A DNA stretch of 64,000 nt, from positions 256,001-320,000 of the forward strand of contig CAWFJP010000011.1 in the NCBI GenBank assembly GCA_963816145.1, given 5' to 3'. The translations under genes and the position numbers were made by a program. The notes below the pieces were generated by a model, which was not told the DNA's origin, made no database searches, and saw only the letters and a list, made by a program, of their open reading frames with translations. Each line of letters opens with the position of its first letter. The first letter of the stretch is position 1. This document shows positions 1 to 8,741 of the stretch, piece by piece. This DNA comes from an uncultured delta proteobacterium (GTDB lineage Bacteria; Desulfobacterota; Binatia; UBA9968).

Positions 1-1
1 C

Positions 2-1123
2 GAAGTACAAAAACTGGCCCGCGACTTTAGCGAAAAGGAAATCGCCCCCAATGCCGCCAAGGACGATCGGGAACATATCTTTCGCCGAGATCTCGTCAGC
101 AAAATGGGCGAGCTCGGCTTTTATGGCTGTCTGATTCCAGAGGAATATGGCGGCAATGGCCTGGGCTTTCTCGCCCACGCGCTGATCTCCGAAGAAATCG
201 GCCGGGTCCATAGCGCCATCCGGGTTTACTTGAACATGCAAGCCGGGCCGGCGGTCACACTCTACGAGTTCGGCAATGAAACCCAGAAGAAAACTCATCT
301 GCCCAAGCTATTGAGCGGCGCAACCAATGGCTTATTCGCCATCACCGAACCCGATGCCGGTTCGGATGTCGCGGCGATGAAAACCACCGCCAAGCGCGAT
401 GGCAGCAGTTATATCCTCAACGGCACGAAGATCTGGATCACCAATGCAACCGTGGCCGACTTCGGCGTGATCTTCGCTTACACCGATCGCGCCCAGAAAC
501 ATCGCGGCATGTCGGCTTTCTACGCCGACTTGAATCAACCGGGGGTGAGCCGGCGCGAACTCGACAAGCTGGGTGCCCACGCCTCACCGACCGGTGAATT
601 GACCTTCGAGAATTTCCGGATTCCGGTGGAAAATTTAATCGGCCAGGAAGGCGACGGCTTCAAGATCTGTATGCGCCACTTGAATCACACGCGCCTGGGC
701 TGTGCCGCCGGCGCCGTCGGTCTCGCCACGGCGGCGCGCGAGGCCGCGGTGAGCTACGCCAACCAGCGCGAGCAGTTCGGCCAGAAAATCGGCCAGTTTC
801 AAATGAATCAGGATCTGATTGCGCAAATGGTCGTGCAGGAAGAAGCGGCGCGCTTGTTGGTTTATCGCGCGGCATGCCTCGCCGATCGCGGCCGACCCTA
901 CAACTTGGAAGCCTCCATGGCGAAATACGCTGCCGCCGAAGCGGCGGCGTTCTGCGCGGACAACGCGCTCAAGATACTCGGCGCCTATGGCTACTCGACA
1001 GAATTTCCCGTTGAGCGTTACTATCGCGACGCCAAGTCCTATCAGATCGTCGAAGGCTCAGTGAACATTCAAAAGCTCATCATTGGCCAGGACGCCTTGG
1101 GTTATCGCAAGGCGAACCGATGA
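2..1123 (+). CDS. acd: Acyl-CoA dehydrogenase, most like non-decarboxylating glutaryl-CoA dehydrogenase; 5' end lies outside the window
   Basis: Frame is open from base 2 (EVQKLARDF...). ACAD motifs ITEPDAGSDV, QFGQKIGQFQMNQD, LGAYGYSTEFP, IVEGS. RVYLNM, LNHTRL and the C-terminal RKANR match my recollection of Desulfococcus Acd. Confidence 0.8.
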   Translation, partial: EVQKLARDFSEKEIAPNAAKDDREHIFRRDLVSKMGELGFYGCLIPEEYGGNGLGFLAHALISEEIGRVHSAIRVYLNMQAGPAVTLYEFGNETQKKTHLPKLLSGATNGLFAITEPDAGSDVAAMKTTAKRDGSSYILNGTKIWITNATVADFGVIFAYTDRAQKHRGMSAFYADLNQPGVSRRELDKLGAHASPTGELTFENFRIPVENLIGQEGDGFKICMRHLNHTRLGCAAGAVGLATAAREAAVSYANQREQFGQKIGQFQMNQDLIAQMVVQEEAARLLVYRAACLADRGRPYNLEASMAKYAAAEAAAFCADNALKILGAYGYSTEFPVERYYRDAKSYQIVEGSVNIQKLIIGQDALGYRKANR

Positions 1124-1164
1124 ACCTGTCGGCTGGTCTGCCTTTGCAGGGACAATGATCTTAT

Positions 1165-1408
1165 TCATTTTGCGGGATGTGCTTTCAATTCCTTAGAGAA
1201 GAAAGCGTCGGTTGATTGCGCCGCTGTTCAATCAGTTGCCAGAAAGCTGGTGCGGTTTCAAAAACGATATCCTGCCAAACTTTTCCTTCAACCCCACCAA
1301 AACCGCGGCTGGTTTACCATGCCGAGTTACTATCACCCTTTCGGATTGCCAGAGATCTACACGCTCTTTGACGTTTTTCTGAAGGTCACCCGCGATTACG
1401 CTTTTCAT
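1165..1408 (-). pseudogene. Phd/YefM-family antitoxin, frameshifted
   Basis: MKSVIAGDLQKNVKERVDLWQSERVIVTRHGKPAAVLVG is a Phd N-terminus. After the G-run near 1292 another frame continues VEGKVWQDIVFETAPAFWQLIEQRRNQPTLS, and a second shift gives KELKAHPAK*. Confidence 0.7.
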
Positions 1409-1552
1409 AGTACGTCCTCTGTCTTCTTTGCCGATGGTTTTCGCCGCGTTCGGAGATAGAACGACCAGTATCTTCCGCCGCATAATGCGGGTCATTTAAT
1501 CGTTAGGCGTCGCTCGCGCACACTGAGAAATGAAGCCGAGTAACCAAGCTGA

Positions 1553-1646
1553 ATGGCCACACTCAGCCGCCAACTCAAAGAAGCCTGTAACATCACCGGC
1601 ACCCCCCGTCTTTCCGCATGAGCTGCGCCGCCCTTCGCGGTCGCTG
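1553..1646 (+). pseudogene. Tyrosine recombinase/integrase fragment (H-x-L-R box region)
   Basis: TLSRQLKEACNITGTPRLS / HELRR / FAV read across two single-base shifts; lies about 320 bp from the tRNA 3' end. Confidence 0.5.
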
Positions 1647-1965
1647 AGCTTGGGGTCTTTAGACCGACAAACCAGCGGTCGGCGGCAATTGTTGAACGAA
1701 AGGGAGCGATGACCGAAGGGATTCCCACCGCTTTCCGTGATCTACGATGGGAGCCTACGAACGAGCAGGAAGTTGTCATGCTTTTCAGGCGGTTACTTGG
1801 CTGACTGAAAAGACTACCGCTACATACTCCGACCTGGCGTGGGCGTCCGTGCTTGCTACATGGCCTCAGCGCTTTTGCCGTGGACAGGTTTTGGGCACTT
1901 TTTCGGATTTTCCGCAAAATGGCCGGAAACGCGCATTCAAAGTTGCTAAATTTGCAGGGAAAGTT

Positions 1966-2040
<75 letters not shown>

Positions 2041-2066
2041 TCAGGTCAGGGTAGTTGAGCGTTCAA

Positions 2067-2095
2067 ACTGTATGGAATTGCTACTGGGTTGTCAA
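2067..2095 (-). promoter_or_regulatory. Sigma70-type promoter for tRNA-Gly
   Basis: TTGACA-17 nt-TACAGT on the minus strand, ending 26 nt before the tRNA. Confidence 0.7.
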
Positions 2096-2178
2096 CGCGG
2101 AGCGAAAGTTAAATCACCATGCCATTTTACGCGTGCGCTAAGCCAAGATTACGACAGCCGTCGCGTCTCAAGAAAACT

Positions 2179-2991
2179 CTAGGCATGCGCCGATTTGCCA
2201 CGCAGCAGTGCGAGGAGGTCGGCGGGCGCCATTTTTGAAACTAATATACAAACAACGTTGCCTTCTTGGTGCAGCACCGCGTTGATCCCGTCCTGCGAAA
2301 ACGAGAAGAAATTGAGTTTCATGTCGGCATCGAAAAAGCGCTCGGCGCTCTTGGGAGCGTCGGCTTCAGTGCCGAGAAAAGTAAAGCAGGTGATCGCCGG
2401 CCCACCGCCTTGATAAACGGTCACGAGCACTTCGCGATCGCCGACCTTCTGGACGAAACCCGAAACCGGATAGAGTTTCATCATCGACAAATCTAATACG
2501 ATCGGCGCGAACCGGTTGCCTACCGCCCGTGAAAGCCCCTGGCGCAGGCGATTGGCGTCATCGTAACGCACCAGCGTCGTCTTGCCGCGGAGCAGATTGC
2601 GATGGCTCTCGAGGGCAGCCATGCCGAGATTCTGCTGCGGCGCTCTGACATAGAAAATAGTCGCGATGCCGATGACTAATAGCGCCACGGCAACCGCCGG
2701 CCGCCAACTGCGCAAGTTAAGCCATACGGCAAAGCCGCCGTCGGCTTTCCCAGCCGTGGCAGCCCGGCGCGACGCTATGGCGTTTTCAATCTCCCGGCGC
2801 AACGCCGCCGGTGCGACGACTTCTCGCTGCACCGCCTTGATCTGTTGTTTAAGGCGGTATTCCGCCGCCATGGCCCGCCGGCAAGGCTCGCAACTCTTAA
2901 GATGCGCTTCGAGGGTGCTTTGCTCCGCGGCGTTCAGTTCATTATCCAGTCGAGCCGTGATCAGTTCTTGGGCCTGCTCGCAACGCATCAT
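2179..2991 (-). CDS. Zinc-binding (zf-HC2/ZAS) membrane-anchored anti-sigma factor
   Basis: C...HLKSCEPC (HxxxCxxC), one TM helix, directly downstream of the ECF sigma. Confidence 0.85.
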   Translation of the reverse strand: MMRCEQAQELITARLDNELNAAEQSTLEAHLKSCEPCRRAMAAEYRLKQQIKAVQREVVAPAALRREIENAIASRRAATAGKADGGFAVWLNLRSWRPAVAVALLVIGIATIFYVRAPQQNLGMAALESHRNLLRGKTTLVRYDDANRLRQGLSRAVGNRFAPIVLDLSMMKLYPVSGFVQKVGDREVLVTVYQGGGPAITCFTFLGTEADAPKSAERFFDADMKLNFFSFSQDGINAVLHQEGNVVCILVSKMAPADLLALLRGKSAHA

Positions 2992-3601
2992 CTATCGATC
3001 CGATCCGGTTCTGCCTAAATAACCGCTCAATTGTTTTTGCAAAAGCCGGCGCCCGCGCGACAATCGCGACCGTACCGTGCCGATGGGGCAGGAAAGAATC
3101 TCCGCCGCTTCCGCATAAGTCAAAGTCGCCCATGTCGACGAGCAGGATCGGCGCGCGAAACTCCTCGGGGATTCCCTTGAGAGCGATGCCGATCTTGGCC
3201 CCGAGCTCGCGATCGAGTATCTGCACCTCGGGACCCGGACCGTCGCCGCCATAAGCCTCCCAAAAGTCAGCGCTGTCCGTACCGTCGACGAGATCTTCAG
3301 TGGCGACCGTGCGCTTGTTGCGGGCGTAGGAGTCATAAAAAAAATTGTAGAGAATTCTTGTCAGCCAGGCCTTCATGTTGCTGCCGGGCAGGAACTGCCC
3401 CTGCGAGCTCAGTGCTCGCGTGCAGGTCTCTTGGACGCAATCCTTAGCCTCATCTACGTTGCGCACCAGATGGATGGCGACGCGGTACAGATGATCGAGG
3501 TGCGTTAGGATCTCCGTAGCGAAAGGGTCGCGCGCGGGATTACGGCTGTCGGCGGCGCTCACGGCCCAGCCAGTGTAACCAAGAGTATAGATGCTGTCCA
3601 A
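2992..3601 (-). CDS. ECF sigma factor (SigH/SigR/RpoE-like), one apparent +1 indel near 3122
   Basis: Region 2 ([19 protein letters not shown]) is in ORF 2942-3622 and region 4 ([25 protein letters not shown]) in ORF 2992-3336; removing one T of GGCGACTTTGACT joins them. TTG start at 3601 follows GGAGG. Confidence 0.85.
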
Positions 3602-3620
3602 TCGATTGCCTCCCTTCGTC

Positions 3621-3646
3621 AACGAATCAAGCGAATCAAAAGTTCC
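3621..3646 (-). promoter_or_regulatory. Putative ECF-dependent autoregulatory promoter
   Basis: GGAAC-N17-CGTT just upstream of the sigma RBS. Confidence 0.6.
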
Positions 3647-3702
3647 CTAAAGAGAGGGCTAACGCTTGCGGTCGCTGCCACAGCTGTCTTATGTTGGCGG
3701 CC

Positions 3703-4647
3703 ATGAAGTACCGGACTCTCGGCAAAACCGGCTTGCGCGTCAGCACCATCGGTCTCGGCACCATGGTGCACGCCGGCCATTTCGGCCCCATGAAAGACTC
3801 AGAATCTTTGAGCGCCATCGAAACCGCCATCGAACTCGGCGTCAATTTTATCGATACCTCGGATGCTTACGGCGCCGGTTATTCGGAATCACTGTTGGGC
3901 AAGGCGCTCAAGGGCAGGCGCGATCAAGTGATTATCGCCACCAAAGGCGGCAACGTCATGGTGGGCCCCAACCGCGGCAAGAGAAACTTCGATCCCGAGT
4001 ATATCAGCCGGGTGATGGACGAAAGCTTGCAACGGCTGCAAATCGACACCATCGATCTTTACCAGCTGCATAATCCGACTGTCGACGTCATCGAGCGCGG
4101 CGCAGTCTGGGAAGTCTTGGAGCGCGCCAAACAAGCCGGCAAGATCCGCCACTACGGCGTGTCGATCAACACCATGGAAGAAGGCATCGCCGCGGTCAAA
4201 GACGGCCGCGCCGAAACAATCCAGGTCGAATACAACCTGCTCGCCCAGGAGCCGGCCGAGAAAATCTTCCCCCTGGCGCATCAGGCCAATATCGGCATCA
4301 TCGCCCGCGTGCCGCTGCGCCGGGGCATTCTGACCGGTAAAATGACCGTCGCCGATGAACAAAGATTTCAAGGTGAGGATTTACGCGCGCGCAGTTTCAA
4401 AGGCGAGGCGTTCGTCAAAGAGCTGGCCAAGGCCGATGAATTGCGCTTTCTCGTCCATGGCGGGGCGAAGACTTTAGGCCAGGCCGCGATCGCTTTCTGT
4501 ATCGCGCACCCGGCCGTCAGCGTCGTTATCCCCGGCGCGCGCAATGCCGAGCAGATGCGCGAAAACGGTGCTGCTGCGGACATAGAAATCCCCACCGCCG
4601 ACCTGGCGCGCATCGCCGAGCTATGGCGCCACGGCTTCGCGGACTAA
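3703..4647 (+). CDS. Aldo/keto reductase
   Basis: YRTLGKTGLRVSTIGLGT, DTSDAYG, IATKGG, IDLYQLH, VIPGARN. Confidence 0.92.
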   Translation: MKYRTLGKTGLRVSTIGLGTMVHAGHFGPMKDSESLSAIETAIELGVNFIDTSDAYGAGYSESLLGKALKGRRDQVIIATKGGNVMVGPNRGKRNFDPEYISRVMDESLQRLQIDTIDLYQLHNPTVDVIERGAVWEVLERAKQAGKIRHYGVSINTMEEGIAAVKDGRAETIQVEYNLLAQEPAEKIFPLAHQANIGIIARVPLRRGILTGKMTVADEQRFQGEDLRARSFKGEAFVKELAKADELRFLVHGGAKTLGQAAIAFCIAHPAVSVVIPGARNAEQMRENGAAADIEIPTADLARIAELWRHGFAD

Positions 4648-4710
4648 TTTTTTAGCTTTGATGCTTCAGAGCTTTGTGTGAATCAATCGTGTCGCTCAGT
4701 TTAGTTGCGT

Positions 4711-4781
4711 CACCACGAAGGACACGAAGGGTTCGGACAATTTAAACTCCGAACTTCGTGCTCTTCGTGTCCTTCGTGGTG
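4711..4781. repeat. Long extragenic palindrome (REP/MITE-like hairpin)
   Basis: Perfect 19-bp arms CACCACGAAGGACACGAAG / CTTCGTGTCCTTCGTGGTG plus inner 7-bp stem GTTCGGA/TCCGAAC. Confidence 0.8.
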
Positions 4782-4836
4782 CAGACTTTTGTCACAGTAA
4801 ACCCGGGAAAACCACTTTTTGAATGGGAGTAATATC

Positions 4837-5658
4837 ATGGAACGGACCCTCGCCGCCTGGCCCAATAACCAGAAACTAGTCGTCATGGTGACGATCATGT
4901 TCGAGGTCTGGTCCGACGGCAAGGCGCCGCCCTACTCGCCAATGACGACGTCCCTCAAATCCGGCACGCCCGACCTGTTGGGCATTTCCTGGTCGCAGTA
5001 TGGCGGCAAAACCGGCATCTGGCGCTTCCTGCGCATCCTCGACGAAACGCAAATTAAAGCGACGGTCTGCTTGAATGCCAAAGGCGCCGAACTGTTTCCC
5101 GACGCGGTCAAAGAAGCTCACCGGCGCGGCCATGAAATCGCCGGCCACTCATACACCCAGGATCTGGTTTTGCCCTATCTATCGGCGGCGGAAGAACGGG
5201 AAGTGATTCAGCGCTGCAAGCGCATCATTACCGATACGGTCGGGGTCACTCCCGTCGGATGGTTCAGCCCGGTGGCGGCGCCGACGGTAAACACCGCGCG
5301 CTTTCTCGCCGAAGAAGGCTTTATCTGGCATGGCGACTACAACGACAGCGACCTGCCCTATGTCCTGGAAACCGGCAACGGCCGGCTAGTCGCCCTGGCC
5401 CATAGCGACTTCACCGACAACCGCACACTGCGCTCCAGCCCGCGCGACTTCTACAACGTTTATAAAGACACCTTCGACTATCTCTACAAACACGAAGCGC
5501 CGTCGCTGCTCAATTTGACCATGCACTGTCACTTCGGCGGCCGGCCGATGATGTCGGCGATGCTGCACGAACTGCTCCATTACATGAAAGGCTTCCCCGA
5601 CGTCTGGTTCGCGCGCCACGATGAAGTCGCGCGCTGGGTGCTCAGTCAGTCAAAGTGA
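4837..5658 (+). CDS. Polysaccharide deacetylase family (CE4, PuuE-like) hydrolase
   Basis: YGGKTGIWRFL, GHEIAGHSY, GWFSP, DLPY, LTMHCHFGGRP, DVWFARHDEVARW. Confidence 0.85.
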   Translation: MERTLAAWPNNQKLVVMVTIMFEVWSDGKAPPYSPMTTSLKSGTPDLLGISWSQYGGKTGIWRFLRILDETQIKATVCLNAKGAELFPDAVKEAHRRGHEIAGHSYTQDLVLPYLSAAEEREVIQRCKRIITDTVGVTPVGWFSPVAAPTVNTARFLAEEGFIWHGDYNDSDLPYVLETGNGRLVALAHSDFTDNRTLRSSPRDFYNVYKDTFDYLYKHEAPSLLNLTMHCHFGGRPMMSAMLHELLHYMKGFPDVWFARHDEVARWVLSQSK

Positions 5659-5660
5659 AT

Positions 5661-6704
5661 TCAGAACTCGATGCCGAGTCCCTGAGACCGCGCCAAAGTG
5701 AATACTTTGCTGGCGATGGCGACATCGGCGATTCCCTGGCCGGCGTTGTTTTTGAACAGCGTGATCTGTTTCGCACCGACGCGACCCGGAATGGTACCGT
5801 TAAGCAGCGCACCGAGTTCCCCGACTCGCTCCCAAGTCAAGAAACCCGCCTGCACTGGATCGTAAAGATCTCCCTGCTCGTCTTGAATCGCTTGCTCTAA
5901 TGAGTTGACGACGATCACATCGGAACGTCGAATCGTCGCATCGTCCAATTCACGCCGCTTTGCCGCTGCGATACCCGCTTTGACCAAACCGACATTGCCG
6001 CCCATGATCGAGGTCACGTGGGTTCCCGGCTGTAACCACTCGCCGTCAAATACCGCCACGTTGGAGTTGGTTGCAGTCAACACAACATCGGAATCCACCA
6101 CCGCATGCTTCGCGCTGGTTACGGGTCGCAACTCGCAGGGAACGATCTTTTCCATCATGCGGCAGAAATCGCTGCGGGTCGAATCTGTGCGGCAGAAAAC
6201 CTTAACCCGCTTAAACTGTCGGACCTTGGAAAATGCCAACAAATGATATTTGGCCTCGCCGCCGGCGCCGAGAATGCCGAGAGTCGACGAATCAGCGCGC
6301 GCCAGTGCGCGCGTGCCCACCGCGCTCGTCGCAGCCGTACGCATGGGCGTCGGCCGCTCCGCCTCAATCTCGGCGACACCGATTCTGCCGACGATCATGC
6401 CCATGAGCGAAGCGTCTTTGGCGTCGAACAAGACCGTTACCGGTCCGCCCATGTTGTGGTAGGTCTGCACTTCCCTGGTGACCGCGACATGTTCAGCATG
6501 GGCGAGCACGCCAATCCCGCCGAGGCTGGGCACGCCGCCGGGATGAACGCTGACGCGGACACCTCCCGGCGTAGTAATGCGACGGCGCGGCGCGTTCAGC
6601 TCCGGACTCTTGCCGAACTCACGGAACCCGGACTCTACAGCGTTGATCGCCGCATCCATGGTCAAGAGACCGATTGCATCTTCTGCACGAATCAGGAAAG
6701 CCAT
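5661..6704 (-). CDS. Ornithine cyclodeaminase/mu-crystallin family imine reductase
   Basis: RTAATSAVG, GILGAGGEA, LTATNS, PGTHVTSI, RRELD, ITLFKN. Confidence 0.88.
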   Translation of the reverse strand: MAFLIRAEDAIGLLTMDAAINAVESGFREFGKSPELNAPRRRITTPGGVRVSVHPGGVPSLGGIGVLAHAEHVAVTREVQTYHNMGGPVTVLFDAKDASLMGMIVGRIGVAEIEAERPTPMRTAATSAVGTRALARADSSTLGILGAGGEAKYHLLAFSKVRQFKRVKVFCRTDSTRSDFCRMMEKIVPCELRPVTSAKHAVVDSDVVLTATNSNVAVFDGEWLQPGTHVTSIMGGNVGLVKAGIAAAKRRELDDATIRRSDVIVVNSLEQAIQDEQGDLYDPVQAGFLTWERVGELGALLNGTIPGRVGAKQITLFKNNAGQGIADVAIASKVFTLARSQGLGIEF

Positions 6705-6759
6705 CGAACTACCTCCAAACACAAGAAACTCAGCTGTTACTACATCATCAATCCGTCCA

Positions 6760-6788
6760 TTGACAAGAAACCTAGCCGTGCCTATCGT
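6760..6788 (+). promoter_or_regulatory. Sigma70-type promoter
   Basis: TTGACA-17-TATCGT upstream of the ORF at 6821. Confidence 0.55.
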
Positions 6789-6820
6789 CTGTCAGGTTCT
6801 GAGCTAGCGGAGATTCACCA

Positions 6821-7846
6821 ATGCCAATTTCATCCCATTTATATCGCTCACTCACTGCGCCACTACTCGTCGTGTTTCTGCTAGCTTTGCGCCTGCCCGC
6901 CGCGGCGCAATCGGTCGATACCGAGGCGGCAAAAAAAGAAGGCAAAGTTGTTGTTTACGCTGCCGTGCCGCCGCAAACAATGAAAGTGATCAATGAGCCG
7001 TTTGAAAAAAAATATGGCATCAAGGTCGAGTACTGGCGTGCGTCGACGACCGGCATCTTGGAACGGGCCCTCAATGAATGGCGCGTCGGCACAGCGCCCT
7101 TCGATGTCGTCGAGGGTAACAAAGGGCCCCAATACATTCTCAAGACCGAAGGAGTTTTCGCCAAGTTTCAGCCGCCTTCGGCGGCCAAATATCCCAAGCA
7201 GTTTCTCGAGAACGACCAGCTTCTCACCCCTTGGCGCTTCAACCCGATCAGCATTCTATTTAATACCACCATGGTCCGCAAAGAGGACGCTCCTAAAAGT
7301 ATTCAAGAGCTGCTGTTGGCGAAATGGAAAGGTAAGATCACCATTCCCGACCCGGCGCGCCACACGACAACGGCGCAGTTTCTCGCCGATCTCGATAAGT
7401 ATGACGGCATCAAATGGCGCGAGTTCGCCAAGAGTTTGGCGCTACAAGAGCCGTTCTTGGTCGAATCCTTTGCGCCCATCGTCAACACCGTCATTAAAGG
7501 CGAGGCAGCGCTGGGCTTGACCTACTTGAAATATGTCGGCCAATATAAAGGCCCCATCGATTACGCCCGTTTGAACAAGTATCTCGCCGACGTAAATTAC
7601 CTGGGTCTTAGCCGCAAGGCTCCCCACGCCAACGCCGGACGGCTGTATATCGAGTACATCTGTTCGCTGGAGGGGCAAAAAGCGATGGCGGAAACCGCTG
7701 AATTTGTCCTTTACCCGCAAGTAGCGCCGAGCTTTAGCGGCGCCGACCAAGTGCCGCAGCGAACCGTTTTCATGGAAGAACCGACCGCGGAAGAGTTCAA
7801 AAAGCTGCGCGATGAAATGCGCCAGATCTTTCTCGACAACAAATAA
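6821..7846 (+). CDS. ABC-type extracellular solute-binding protein (Fe3+/thiamine-like SBP family)
   Basis: Signal peptide, AKKEGKVVVY, FEKKYGIKV, KWKGKI, APHANAGRLYIEY. Confidence 0.85.
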   Translation: MPISSHLYRSLTAPLLVVFLLALRLPAAAQSVDTEAAKKEGKVVVYAAVPPQTMKVINEPFEKKYGIKVEYWRASTTGILERALNEWRVGTAPFDVVEGNKGPQYILKTEGVFAKFQPPSAAKYPKQFLENDQLLTPWRFNPISILFNTTMVRKEDAPKSIQELLLAKWKGKITIPDPARHTTTAQFLADLDKYDGIKWREFAKSLALQEPFLVESFAPIVNTVIKGEAALGLTYLKYVGQYKGPIDYARLNKYLADVNYLGLSRKAPHANAGRLYIEYICSLEGQKAMAETAEFVLYPQVAPSFSGADQVPQRTVFMEEPTAEEFKKLRDEMRQIFLDNK

Positions 7847-7869
7847 TCACGGAGATCGCTAGCGGATCG

Positions 7870-8361
7870 CTAAAACTCACCGTGGAAAATGCCGCGTTGG
7901 CCGCGCGCCTCCTCGACCCCGACTTCCATGGCGCGAATCTTGGCGCCGTGAAATTGCGCTTTCACCTGCTGGCGAATCAGTTTCGCGACATGCTCGGCGA
8001 GCAATTCAGTGCTGGTGTTGGCTAGCGGCAAAAGAATCACATCGCTTTTCGGCAGAATAATTTTCTGCGCCTTGTAGCGGACTTCGATTTCCTTGGCGCG
8101 CCGATGCACGGCAAGATTCGGGCTGTTGTTTTGAATCATGGTGCGATGATCGAGAGAATCGCAGATGCGCTTAACCAGCGGCTTGAAGGCAATGAAGTCC
8201 AACACCACGCCGGCGCGGTCGAGTTCGCCTTCCAGCTTTACCGACACTTGATAGTTGTGCCCGTGCAGCGGTTCGCGCTTGCCGTTGGCAAAGATAAGAA
8301 AATGCGCCGAGGCGAAATTAAAATAATCTTTGGCGACTTCGATGGTGAAGGTGCGTGACAT
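7870..8361 (-). CDS. 6-pyruvoyl-tetrahydropterin synthase/QueD-fold protein with a PTPS-III-type motif
   Basis: FASAHF, REPLHGHNY, LDH, STELLA; ExxHGH without the QueD Cys. Confidence 0.85.
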   Translation of the reverse strand: MSRTFTIEVAKDYFNFASAHFLIFANGKREPLHGHNYQVSVKLEGELDRAGVVLDFIAFKPLVKRICDSLDHRTMIQNNSPNLAVHRRAKEIEVRYKAQKIILPKSDVILLPLANTSTELLAEHVAKLIRQQVKAQFHGAKIRAMEVGVEEARGQRGIFHGEF

Positions 8362-8741
8362 GGCCGCGAAGTTAACCAAAAGCCGCGATCCTTTCAAGCC
8401 GCGGCTCCGGGACCGCAACGATCGCGGAATTGGCAGTGGAGAAACGCCGGGTCGGTGAGCCGAGGGTTAAGCCCGATGCAACAAATCCACTCGGGGTGTG
8501 ATCGCAAAGTCTCATGCCATGGGCCGCTCAATGCTACTCCTCCTGCGCCGAACTTGCCGGACCTACCGTAGCGGGCTCAGTGCCCACAGATAGAGACCCA
8601 CTGGCAACACCATGAAGGGCTTGCCCTCCGTGCAATCATCAAATTCCAACTGAACCTTCTGGGATTTTCGCAGCAAAAGATTGTTCAAAATGGCCAAATT
8701 TTCCTTGCAAGTCAGCAACGGAAGAGTTAGGTGAGAAGGCC

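Noticed and set aside
4711-4781. CRISPR array
   Set aside because: A single inverted repeat; no regularly spaced direct repeats and no cas genes anywhere in the window.
8430-8700. preQ1 riboswitch, Moco riboswitch or 6S RNA
   Set aside because: No preQ1 stem with A-rich tail, no Moco terminal CCTCCC..GGAAAGG pattern, and no 6S-like closing stem or TGAACC/GGTTCA 3' part could be found by eye.
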